Assembly (NCBI GenBank): GCA_965249725.1
Contig: CBDFMQ010000002.1
Location: 1,184,001 to 1,248,000 of the forward strand
Length of the DNA: 64,000 nt
Direction of reading: 5' to 3'
DNA from: Longimicrobiales bacterium
GTDB lineage: Bacteria > Gemmatimonadota > Gemmatimonadetes > Longimicrobiales > Gaopeijiaceae
Shown here piece by piece: positions 40,792 through 49,463 of this stretch; positions within the stretch are counted from its first letter, which is position 1; each line of letters opens with the position of its first letter. The notes under the pieces were generated by a model. That model did no database searches. It saw only the letters and a list, made by a program, of their open reading frames with translations, and was not told the origin of the DNA. Position numbers and translations under genes: made by a program.

Positions 40792-41706
40792 TCAGCCCGA
40801 GGGGCGGGCGGCCCAGTTGAGCTTGCGCTGCAGAGTCCCGAAGAAGTTCTGGTCGGAGAAGCGGACCAGAGGAATCTCGACGTCGGAACGCGTGATGTGG
40901 ACGTCGACACCTGCGTCGAGTTCATAGGCCACCTGCCCGTCGGCCGTCAGCACGAGGTCATCCGTACGTTCGAGCGGACTCACGGCCAGGACATGACTAC
41001 CCGGTATGACCAGGGGGCGAACCGCTAGTGTGTGCGGACAAACGGGTGTAGCGACGAGGCAATCGACCGACGGCACCACGATGGGGCCACCCGCCGACAG
41101 CGAGTAGGCCGTGGATCCGGTGGGGGTCGACACGATGAGCCCGTCCCCGGAGAAGCTTCCGACCTCCTGCCAGTCACCGGCTTCACTCACCAGCAGGTCC
41201 AGCCGGGTCACGCGGGCGACCCCGCGCTTGTGGATCACGAAGTCGTTCCACGCCAACAGGAGTTCACCCTGCTTGCCATCCCGCTGAACGAGACGGGCCT
41301 CCACCATGAACCGACGGTCCAGGACGTAATCGCCTTCAAGGATGCGCCCGAGGCGGTCTTCCATCTCCAGATGGGGGAACGCGGTGAGAAAGCCGAGGTG
41401 GCCAATGTTGATGCCCAGAACGGGGATCTCTCGGCCCGCGGCCATACGGCCGGCCCTCAGCAGCGTGCCGTCGCCCCCGAAAGCGACGAGAAAGTCGACC
41501 GCCTCATCGTCGAGATCCAAGCCCTCGGCCCCGTCGGGCGCGTGGGCCAGGAGGTGGGCCTCGAAGCAGACGTCGAGGCCGTGTTCGGCGGCGAAACGGC
41601 CGAGACGCTGTACACACTCCGGCAGGTCCTCGTGCGTCGACCGTCCGAGCACGCCGATGCGCTTGATCTCGTTCCCGGGGTCCGCCCGAACCACCGCCTC
41701 GCTCAC
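40792..41706 (-). CDS. nadK: NAD kinase
   Basis: GGDGTLL, GHLGFL, STPTGSTAYSLSAGGP. Confidence 0.96.
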   Translation of the reverse strand: MSEAVVRADPGNEIKRIGVLGRSTHEDLPECVQRLGRFAAEHGLDVCFEAHLLAHAPDGAEGLDLDDEAVDFLVAFGGDGTLLRAGRMAAGREIPVLGINIGHLGFLTAFPHLEMEDRLGRILEGDYVLDRRFMVEARLVQRDGKQGELLLAWNDFVIHKRGVARVTRLDLLVSEAGDWQEVGSFSGDGLIVSTPTGSTAYSLSAGGPIVVPSVDCLVATPVCPHTLAVRPLVIPGSHVLAVSPLERTDDLVLTADGQVAYELDAGVDVHITRSDVEIPLVRFSDQNFFGTLQRKLNWAARPSG

Positions 41707-43622
41707 GCGGTCTCCACGGACGCAGCGGAGACGGCGTCACCGAGCATACGCCTCGCCTCGGTAGCGATCCCCTCGGCGTCGAGTCCGACATCGCGCAGAA
41801 GCTCCTCACGTGCGCCATGTTCGACGAAGCGATCCGGGAGACCCAAGCATCGCACCTGCACATCGTGCCCCACGTCCAAGTGGGCGATCTCGCGGGCCAT
41901 GCATGTCCCGAACCCGTTGACGACGGTCCCTTCTTCGATGGTCAGCACTTTGCGATGTCCTTCCGCGACTTCCTGGAGCACATCCCGATCGTGAGGCTTC
42001 AGGAACCGACAGTTCACGACCGTCGCCTGCACTCCCCGTGCCGCCAGCGTCCCCGCAGCTTCGAGCGCCTCAATGACCATGGTACCCGTTGCGAGGAAGG
42101 CGATATCGGACCCGCGGCGCAATACCTCCCACGTGCCGTACTCCACCTCGGGAATCTCGCTGACATGCGGGACCTCCGCCGGTACGGCATCCCGCGGCCA
42201 GCGGACGGAGAACGGTCCTGATTCGTGCTCGATGCCGAGACGAACGAGGGCAAGCATCTCCGCTCCGTCCTTCGGAGCCGTCACCGTCATCCCGGGGGTC
42301 AACATCATGTAGGGGATGTCGAAGGCACCGTGGTGAGTGGGGCCGTCGGGGCCGGCGAGCCCCGCCCGGTCCATACAGAACACCACGGGTAGATCCTGCA
42401 GCGCGACATCGTGGATAATGCTGTCGAACGCTCGTTGCAGGAATGTCGAGTAGATGCAAACCACCGGCCGGACACCCTCTTGCGTGGCCATGCCGGCCGC
42501 GGCTGTGACGCCGTGACCCTCCGCGATGCCCACGTCGAAATACCGATCCGGGAAGGCCTGGCCGAACAGGTCCGTACTGGTCCCGTCCGGCATTCCGGCA
42601 GTGATGGCGACAATCCGTTCGTCGAGCTCACCGAGCTCCTTGAGCCCCCGACCGAAGACCTTCTGGTACCGGGGAAGCCCACTGCTCTTCTTCTTCTCCT
42701 CGCCCGAGATCTTGTCGAAGGGAGATGCCGCATGCCACTTGTACGCATTCTCCTCGGCAAGGGAGAATCCCTTCCCCTTCTGCGTAATGACGTGCACGAG
42801 CACGGGGCCCTCGAGGCGTCGCACAGCGGCCAGCGTGTCGACGAGAGAGTCCAGGTCATGACCATCCACGGGCCCGATGTAGCGGAAGCCCAGCTCCTCG
42901 AAGAGCATGCCCGGCACGAAGAGGCCCTTCACACTCTCCTCGGCTCGGCCCGCCGCCTTTCTCAAGGCGCCCTCGCGACCTCCAGGACCCCGCGACAGCA
43001 GGTCTTTCACCTCGTCGCGGATGCGATTGTACACCGGGTGCGTGATCACGCCGGTGAGGTATTTGTTCATCGCCCCCACGTTCGGTGCGATGGAGTGGTC
43101 GTTGTCGTTGAGCACGACGATGAGGTCGCGATCCGTGTGACCAGCGTTGTTGAGCGCCTCGTACGCCAGGCCACATCCCATGGCACCGTCACCGATGACG
43201 GCAACCACGCTGAAGTCGTCCCCGTTGAGATCCCGAGCGATGGCGGTGCCCAGGGCAGCCGAGATCGAGGTGGCGGCATGTCCGGCTCCGAAGTGGTCGT
43301 ATTCCGACTCGTCTCGGCGCAGGAAGGGTGCGAGTCCATCCTTCTGGCGGATGGTCGGGAGGCGCTCGTTGCGGCCCGTCAGGATCTTGTGGATGTACCC
43401 CTGGTGGCCGGTATCCCAAATCAGCTTGTCCCGGGGCGTATCGAAGGCGTAGTGGAGGGCGACGGTGAGTTCGGCCACACCCAGGCTCGCACCGAAGTGG
43501 CCTCCGATCTTCGCGATCACGTCGATATGCCGATCTCTGGCCTCAGCGACCAACTCGTGCAGCTCGTCTTTCGACAACTGACGAATGTCCCCCGGGTCCT
43601 GAATTCGGTCGAGAAGCGTCAC
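41703..43622 (-). CDS. dxs: 1-deoxy-D-xylulose-5-phosphate synthase
   Basis: WDTGHQGY, GDGA..NDN TPP motif, GIAEGH, YSTFLQRA, DGPTHHG. Confidence 0.97.
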   Translation of the reverse strand: MTLLDRIQDPGDIRQLSKDELHELVAEARDRHIDVIAKIGGHFGASLGVAELTVALHYAFDTPRDKLIWDTGHQGYIHKILTGRNERLPTIRQKDGLAPFLRRDESEYDHFGAGHAATSISAALGTAIARDLNGDDFSVVAVIGDGAMGCGLAYEALNNAGHTDRDLIVVLNDNDHSIAPNVGAMNKYLTGVITHPVYNRIRDEVKDLLSRGPGGREGALRKAAGRAEESVKGLFVPGMLFEELGFRYIGPVDGHDLDSLVDTLAAVRRLEGPVLVHVITQKGKGFSLAEENAYKWHAASPFDKISGEEKKKSSGLPRYQKVFGRGLKELGELDERIVAITAGMPDGTSTDLFGQAFPDRYFDVGIAEGHGVTAAAGMATQEGVRPVVCIYSTFLQRAFDSIIHDVALQDLPVVFCMDRAGLAGPDGPTHHGAFDIPYMMLTPGMTVTAPKDGAEMLALVRLGIEHESGPFSVRWPRDAVPAEVPHVSEIPEVEYGTWEVLRRGSDIAFLATGTMVIEALEAAGTLAARGVQATVVNCRFLKPHDRDVLQEVAEGHRKVLTIEEGTVVNGFGTCMAREIAHLDVGHDVQVRCLGLPDRFVEHGAREELLRDVGLDAEGIATEARRMLGDAVSAASVETA

Positions 43623-43740
43623 AGGATCAGCTCCTGAAGGTTACTTGATCAGCCATATAACATAGCCCTGAACGTCGCCTAGGCACACGCGTTACACCGT
43701 TACGGCAAAGGCGCTTAAGCTCGCCATCCACAACACCTTG

Positions 43741-44652
43741 CTACCGCTTCCGTTCCACGACGTAGCGAGCCAGATCACCGAGCTCCGGCGCCTCGATCGC
43801 CGCTGTCCGAAGCGCCTCGAGGGCCTCGTCCGCCAGCGCTCGAGCACGGCGGACGGCCTCATCCACGCCGTAGAGGGATACATAGGTGCTCTTCTCGAGA
43901 GTTTCGTCGCTAGGGTTCTTCCCCAGGGTGGCCGCTGAGGAGGTCTCGTCGAGCACGTCGTCGGTGACCTGAAACGCGAGACCGACCGCGCGCCCATAGG
44001 CACGCAATCCGGCGAGCACCGACCCAGAGGCCCCGGCGGCAAGCCCGCCGATCACGAGGGCGGCCGTCAGGAGAACCCCTGTCTTTCTGCGATGAAGATC
44101 GTCGAGCTCGTCCGCCTCCAGACGGCGACCCTCGGCCAACAAGTCCAAGAGTTGCCCCCCCACCATCCCACCGCCTCCGGCCGCACGATTCAGCTCCTGC
44201 ACGATGGCGCGGACCGTGTCGTCGTCACACCCCAGTGCGGTAGCGGCCCTGAGCGCCTGAAGCGACGCGGCCGGGATCAACGCGACCCCCGCTCGGACCG
44301 CCGCCTGCTCACCGAAGAGCGTGTGGGGCGTGGCGCTGCCTCGTCGCAGCTCGGCGTCGTCCATGCACGGAAGGTCGTCGTGCATGAGCGAGTAGGCGTG
44401 TACCAACTCCAGAGCCACCCCGAGATCGTAGGCCGCCGGACCGGCGATCCCTCCGCAGGTGCGGTAGGCCACGGCACAGAGAATGGGCCGGAGCCGCTTC
44501 CCTCCACTCATCACAGCCTGACGAACCGGTTCGGCAAGTTCTGGTGCAAGATCGCCGACGAGAGACTCCAACGCTCGCTCGAGGGCCGATTCCACCTGCT
44601 CTCGTTCTCGGAGAAGAAACCCCGAGACGTCCATGGACTGCGGGTCGGTCAC
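43741..44652 (-). CDS. ispA: Polyprenyl (farnesyl/geranylgeranyl) diphosphate synthase
   Basis: GGKRLRP, HDDLPCMDDAELRRG, GGQLLDL, KTG, FQVTDDVLD. Confidence 0.93.
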   Translation of the reverse strand: MTDPQSMDVSGFLLREREQVESALERALESLVGDLAPELAEPVRQAVMSGGKRLRPILCAVAYRTCGGIAGPAAYDLGVALELVHAYSLMHDDLPCMDDAELRRGSATPHTLFGEQAAVRAGVALIPAASLQALRAATALGCDDDTVRAIVQELNRAAGGGGMVGGQLLDLLAEGRRLEADELDDLHRRKTGVLLTAALVIGGLAAGASGSVLAGLRAYGRAVGLAFQVTDDVLDETSSAATLGKNPSDETLEKSTYVSLYGVDEAVRRARALADEALEALRTAAIEAPELGDLARYVVERKR

Positions 44653-44921
44653 TCCGGTCCGTCCTCCTCGTCCTCCAAGGGTCGGGTGGTCTGGTCCTCC
44701 AGCGGGCCCAGGAGTTCCTCGACCTTGAGTTCGGCGTTCTTCAGGGTCTCCTCGGCGTTTCGCACGTGCTCGACGCCTTCCTCGAAGAGGGCCAGGGCTC
44801 CATCCAGCTCCAGGTCGTCCGACTCCAAGGACCGGACGATCTCCTCGAGACGTCGGAGACGATCCTCCAGGGAGGGGTCGTCTGCAGCGCTTCGATCAGG
44901 TGTTTCATCAGTGGGCGTCAC
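44649..44921 (-). CDS. xseB: Exodeoxyribonuclease VII small subunit
   Basis: LEEIVRSLE..LELDGALALFEEGV..AELKVEEL; GTG 44921 follows AAGGAG. Confidence 0.92.
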   Translation of the reverse strand: MTPTDETPDRSAADDPSLEDRLRRLEEIVRSLESDDLELDGALALFEEGVEHVRNAEETLKNAELKVEELLGPLEDQTTRPLEDEEDGPE

Positions 44922-44980
44922 GATGGACGTCTCCTTGCTGAGCACTCATGGCTCTCAAGCGTCTCGGTCACTGTGATCAT

Positions 44981-46204
44981 CTACTCTCCGGCCCCGTCTC
45001 TCTCCAACGCCTCACACGGCACCGAACCGTCCGACACCCGGAGCGAAAAACGCAAACCAGGCTCGAGATCCGCCGCTGTCCGGAGTACCCGGCCGGCCTC
45101 GTCTGACGGCAGAGCATACCCACGAGCCAACGTACCCAGAGGTGACAACACATCCATCTTGCCGGCAGTCTCGGTCATACGCGCCCTCTTGAGCGAGACG
45201 ACGCTCCGTATCGCCGCATCCATCCGGTCTCCGGCCCGTCCTACGACGTCTCTCCTGGGCCGAGCCAACGCAGACGCGGAGCGGCGCAGTTGACCCAACC
45301 GTACGACGAGAGCCTCGCGCCGTCGAAGAGCCGCTCCACGCAATGCCCCTCGCATGCGTTCTCTCGTCGATGCAAGAACCTCGCCCAAAGCCTGTCCGTC
45401 TTGGACGGCAGCCTCCGCACCCGCGGACGGTGTGGGGGCGCGATAGTCCGCCACGAGGTCCGCAACCGTAACATCGACCTCGTGACCGACAGCCGAAATC
45501 ACCGGCACCGGACACCGGGCAATGGCGCGCGCGACCACCTCTTCGTTGAAGGCCCACAGGTCCTCCAGCGAGCCCCCGCCCCGTCCAACGATCAGCACAT
45601 CGGCTAGCCCGCTCGCACCCAGGGCGTCGATGGCCTCGGCCACCTCAGCACCCGCACCCTCGCCCTGCACGCGGGTCCCTCGAACCACCACCTTGGTCCA
45701 AGGAGCGCGACGGCGAACCACGGTGATGACGTCGTGGAGGGCCGCACCGGATAGGGAGGTGACGACACCCACAGTCCCCGGGAAGGCCGGAAGAGGACGC
45801 TTCCGCTCGGGGGCCAACAGTCCCTCGGCCTCGAGCTTCGCCCTTACCCGTTCGAAGGCGAGGCGCCAAAGGCCTTCCTCACCCTCCGCCTCCAGTCGGC
45901 GCACGATGAGTTGGTACTCGCCCTTGGCTTCATACAGTGACAGTCCGCCGTACGCGCGGACGTTCATGCCTTGCTCGGGATCCGTCGGAAGCGTAGCCGC
46001 CTCCCTCTGGAACATCGCGCAGCGGATCTGGGCCTGATCGTCCTTGAGTGTGAAGTAGCAGTGTCCGGATCGGGCCCTGGTCCAATTCGCTACCTCACCC
46101 GAGACCCACAGGCTGTCGATGCTCTCCTCGAGCAGACGTGAGACGGCCTTGTTGACCTGAGAGACGCTCCAGACGCGCGGGGTCGTCATCCTGTTGCGGT
46201 CCAT
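44981..46204 (-). CDS. xseA: Exodeoxyribonuclease VII large subunit
   Basis: SGHCYFTLKD, GRGGGSLEDLWAFNEE, SAVGHE, APTPSAGAE. Confidence 0.96.
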   Translation of the reverse strand: MDRNRMTTPRVWSVSQVNKAVSRLLEESIDSLWVSGEVANWTRARSGHCYFTLKDDQAQIRCAMFQREAATLPTDPEQGMNVRAYGGLSLYEAKGEYQLIVRRLEAEGEEGLWRLAFERVRAKLEAEGLLAPERKRPLPAFPGTVGVVTSLSGAALHDVITVVRRRAPWTKVVVRGTRVQGEGAGAEVAEAIDALGASGLADVLIVGRGGGSLEDLWAFNEEVVARAIARCPVPVISAVGHEVDVTVADLVADYRAPTPSAGAEAAVQDGQALGEVLASTRERMRGALRGAALRRREALVVRLGQLRRSASALARPRRDVVGRAGDRMDAAIRSVVSLKRARMTETAGKMDVLSPLGTLARGYALPSDEAGRVLRTAADLEPGLRFSLRVSDGSVPCEALERDGAGE

Positions 46205-46222
46205 AGGCGGGCCCCGGCGGCC

Positions 46223-47116
46223 CTAGCCCTCCGGGTTCGACAAACGAACCGCGGCATCCACCGTGTTCGAGAGGAGCATCGCAATCGTCATCGGTCCGAC
46301 ACCACCCGGCACGGGGCTGATGGCCGAGGCCACCTCCTTGGCCTCGTCGAACGCCACATCGCCGGCCAGACGGTACCCCCGCTCACGGGTGTCGTCGTCG
46401 ACCCGATTGACGCCCACGTCGATGACCACCGCCCCGGGCTTCACCATGTCACCGCGGATGAACTCGGGCAGGCCGATGGCCGCGATGAGGATGTCCGCTT
46501 CGCGGGTGACTGCGCCCAGATCAGGCGTGCGGCTGTGCGCGACCGTTACGGTCGCGTTGCCGCCGGCGGCCTTGCGAAGGAGAAGCGACGCCATGGGCCG
46601 GCCGACGATGTTCGACCGTCCCACGACCACGGCATGCTTACCCGAGGGGTCGTGTCCGCTGCGCATGAGCATCTCGATGACACCCTGCGGAGTGCAGGGC
46701 GTCAGCACGTCCAGATCGCCGGTCGCGAGTCGGCCCACGTTGATCGGGTGGAATCCGTCGACATCCTTTTCGGGATCGATCGCCAGAAGCACCTTCGCTT
46801 CGTCGATCTGATCCGGAAGCGGCAGCTGGACCAGGATGCCGTGGATGTCGGGATCGGCGTTGAGCCCGGCGACGATTCCGAGCAGCTCGTCTTCGGTGAC
46901 CTCGGCCGGCAGAGTGATCTGTCGGGAGAGGATCCCCGCCTCCGTGGCGGCCTTGTTCTTCATGTCCACGTAGACTTGGCTGGCCGGATCTTCTCCGGCG
47001 AGGACTACAGCGAGTCCGGGAGTCAGGCCCGACTCCTTCAGCTCAGCCACGCGTGCCTTGAGCTCTTCCCGGATGGACGCGGCAATCTCTTTGCCCGAAA
47101 TGATGTCAGCCGACAT
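46223..47116 (-). CDS. folD: Methylene-THF dehydrogenase/cyclohydrolase
   Basis: [40 protein letters not shown]. Confidence 0.97.
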   Translation of the reverse strand: MSADIISGKEIAASIREELKARVAELKESGLTPGLAVVLAGEDPASQVYVDMKNKAATEAGILSRQITLPAEVTEDELLGIVAGLNADPDIHGILVQLPLPDQIDEAKVLLAIDPEKDVDGFHPINVGRLATGDLDVLTPCTPQGVIEMLMRSGHDPSGKHAVVVGRSNIVGRPMASLLLRKAAGGNATVTVAHSRTPDLGAVTREADILIAAIGLPEFIRGDMVKPGAVVIDVGVNRVDDDTRERGYRLAGDVAFDEAKEVASAISPVPGGVGPMTIAMLLSNTVDAAVRLSNPEG

Positions 47117-47161
47117 TCAGTCTCCTGTATCTGTTACCGGATCGCCCCGACGGAGCGAGTC

Positions 47162-48733
47162 CTAACGTGCGAAATCGATGGCCCGGGTTTCGCGGATGAC
47201 GACCACCTTGATCTGACCCGGGTACTGCAACTCAGCTTCGATGCGTCTCGCCACTGCTTCGGAGATCTGCGCCATCTCGTTGTCGGTGACCTTCTCGGGC
47301 TCGACCATGACCCGTATCTCGCGCCCCGCCTGAATGGCGAAACAGCGCTCGACCCCCGGGTGCTCCATGGCCAGCTCTTCGAGCTTCTCGAGCCGCTTAA
47401 CATACCCCTCGAACATCTCTCGCCGCGCTCCGGGCCGAGACCCTGAAATCGCGTCCCCTGCGGTGACCAGGAACGTCTCAGGGAAGTAGTGGGGCTCCTC
47501 ATCGTGATGCGCCTTGATCGCGTTCAACACGATCTCCGACTCGTCGTGTTTCTTGCACAACCGATATCCGAGTTCGACGTGGGTGCCCTCGTGCTCGTGC
47601 GTCATGCCCTTCCCTACGTCATGAAGCACTCCTGCACGCTTGGTGGCCTGGACGTCCAGTCCCATCTCCGCCGCCATGTTGCCCGCCAGCAGAGCCACTT
47701 CCTTCGCGTGCTGAAGTTGGTTTTGGCCATACGACGTCCTGAACTTGAGCCGCCCGAGCGTCTTCACGATCTCGGCGTGCACGTTGTGTATGCCGAGTTC
47801 GTAGAGCACCTCCTCCGCCGCCTCGACCATGGACTGCTCCACCTCTTTCCGGCTCTGGTCCACCATCTCTTCAATCCGGCCCGGATGGATGCGCCCGTCT
47901 TCGATGAGTCGCTGCAGGGCAATGCGTGCCACCTCGCGGCGCACGGGATCGAAGCCGGAGAGCACCACGGCCTCGGGGGTGTCGTCGATGATGACGTCGA
48001 TGCCGGTGGCCTGCTCGAACGAGCGGATGTTGCGGCCTTCGCGCCCGATGATGCGGCCCTTCATCTCGTCCGAAGGAAGCTGAACGACGGAGACGGTCAT
48101 CTCGGCGGTCTGGTCGGCCGCCATGCGCTGGATGGCGAGGCCGAGGATCTTCTTGGACTCCCGATCCGCGTTCCGCTGCGCTTCTTCCTTGATCTCGCGG
48201 AGGTCGTTGGCGGCCTCGGCCTTGGCCTCGTCCTTCAGGTCCTCGACGAGCTGCTGCTTGGCCGCGGCCGCGGAAGTACCCGCCAGAGCCTCGAGCTTCT
48301 CGCGCACCTCGGTTCGAGATCGATCCAGGTCCTGGACCTGCCGGTTGAGGTCGCCCTCTCTCTGGTCTAGCTCCTTGGCGCGCTGTTCTTGGACCGACTC
48401 CTTCTCGTTCAGCGTATCGAATCGGCGATCCTGTGCGTCGGAGCGTTCAGCAAGGCGCTGCTCGGCCCGCTCGGCATCCTCGCGGTGGCGCTGCTCCTCC
48501 TGCTCCCACGACTCCCGAAGGCGGAAGACCTCTTCCTTGCCCTCGAGGACCTTGGACGTACGGAGGTTGTCCGCCTCTTCCTGGGCGCGAGCCAGGATCC
48601 TCGAGGCCTCATCCTCGGCGGCCGCTTCAGCCCTCTTCTGCCGCGACTGCTCCACCAGGCCGCGTCCGACGTATCCCACGGCTCCGAAGAGCAAGCCAAA
48701 AGCCGCCGCCAGTCCGATAACCAGCGGGTCCAT
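47162..48733 (-). CDS. rny: Ribonuclease Y
   Basis: N-terminal TM, coiled coil, KH (KGRIIGREGRNIR), HD (LHDVGK), SGSRPGAR. Confidence 0.97.
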   Translation of the reverse strand: MDPLVIGLAAAFGLLFGAVGYVGRGLVEQSRQKRAEAAAEDEASRILARAQEEADNLRTSKVLEGKEEVFRLRESWEQEEQRHREDAERAEQRLAERSDAQDRRFDTLNEKESVQEQRAKELDQREGDLNRQVQDLDRSRTEVREKLEALAGTSAAAAKQQLVEDLKDEAKAEAANDLREIKEEAQRNADRESKKILGLAIQRMAADQTAEMTVSVVQLPSDEMKGRIIGREGRNIRSFEQATGIDVIIDDTPEAVVLSGFDPVRREVARIALQRLIEDGRIHPGRIEEMVDQSRKEVEQSMVEAAEEVLYELGIHNVHAEIVKTLGRLKFRTSYGQNQLQHAKEVALLAGNMAAEMGLDVQATKRAGVLHDVGKGMTHEHEGTHVELGYRLCKKHDESEIVLNAIKAHHDEEPHYFPETFLVTAGDAISGSRPGARREMFEGYVKRLEKLEELAMEHPGVERCFAIQAGREIRVMVEPEKVTDNEMAQISEAVARRIEAELQYPGQIKVVVIRETRAIDFAR

Positions 48734-48745
48734 TTATCTACTCCG

Positions 48746-48776
48746 AAAAACAAACGCCGCCCAAAGAGGCGTTTGT
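48746..48776 (-). terminator. Intrinsic terminator-like hairpin in the rny leader
   Basis: mRNA ACAAACGCC-UCUUUGGGC-GGCGUUUGU-UUUU, ending 12 nt before the rny ATG. Confidence 0.6.
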
Positions 48777-48855
48777 ACGGTGGGTGATAGCTAACTACAG
48801 CAAAAACAATAGGATTCAGGCTCGGCGCAACGCAAGTTCGCCCGTCCCTCGGTCC

Positions 48856-49152
48856 CTACTCGGAGGCGGCGGCGCCCTCCAGCTTTTCGGCGAGGCTATC
48901 GACCTTCGAAGCCATGTCCACGCCACTCTGCTCCAGATCGTCCTTCGCCTGGAAGAACTCGTCCGTTATGGAGAGGGCCGCGAGAATCGCGGCCTTGTGG
49001 CCTTCGAGGAGGCCCACCTGCTTCTTGATGTCGTGGATTCGCTGGTCCACGTAGCGAGCACATCGCTTGGTGTACTCCGGTTCCGCGCTGGAACGGATGG
49101 TGTGTTCTTCACCGGCGATCCTGACCGTCACCGACTCCTTGTCTGCGCTCAC
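48856..49152 (-). CDS. zapA: Cell division protein ZapA
   Basis: VTVRIAGEEHTIRS..ARYVDQRI..AILAALSITDE. Confidence 0.88.
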   Translation of the reverse strand: MSADKESVTVRIAGEEHTIRSSAEPEYTKRCARYVDQRIHDIKKQVGLLEGHKAAILAALSITDEFFQAKDDLEQSGVDMASKVDSLAEKLEGAAASE

Positions 49153-49463
49153 TTCTGCTCCTCCAGGAATCTGATCCTTGCCAGTAGACGCTCGACTCCC
49201 TCCCTGCCCTGGTTCAGACGGGCTCGGAGATCGCGATTTTCCTCCTCCAGAATGCTGATTCGGTCGATCATCTCGCGCGGGCTTCGCTCACCGGAGGTCA
49301 CTCCACGAATCAGCCCCTCCAACTCCTCGCCCTGAGCCTCCATGCGGGCGACCTCACCGCGCAATCTCTCGACTTCCCCGACGGCCGCTACGACGGCGGC
49401 CTCGAGTCGCTTCAGGGCAGCGGCAGTGGTCACGTCTGGTTTCTCAGAGGCGTTGTTCGACAC
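49149..49463 (-). CDS. ZapB-like coiled-coil protein
   Basis: Coiled coil ending LEEENRDLRARL..VERLLARI between pheT and zapA; GTG 49463 follows GGAGG. Confidence 0.75.
   Translation of the reverse strand: MSNNASEKPDVTTAAALKRLEAAVVAAVGEVERLRGEVARMEAQGEELEGLIRGVTSGERSPREMIDRISILEEENRDLRARLNQGREGVERLLARIRFLEEQK

Noticed and set aside
48734..48855. 6S RNA at its common position after zapA
   Set aside because: The gap is only 122 bp and lacks a long rod-like self-complementarity.
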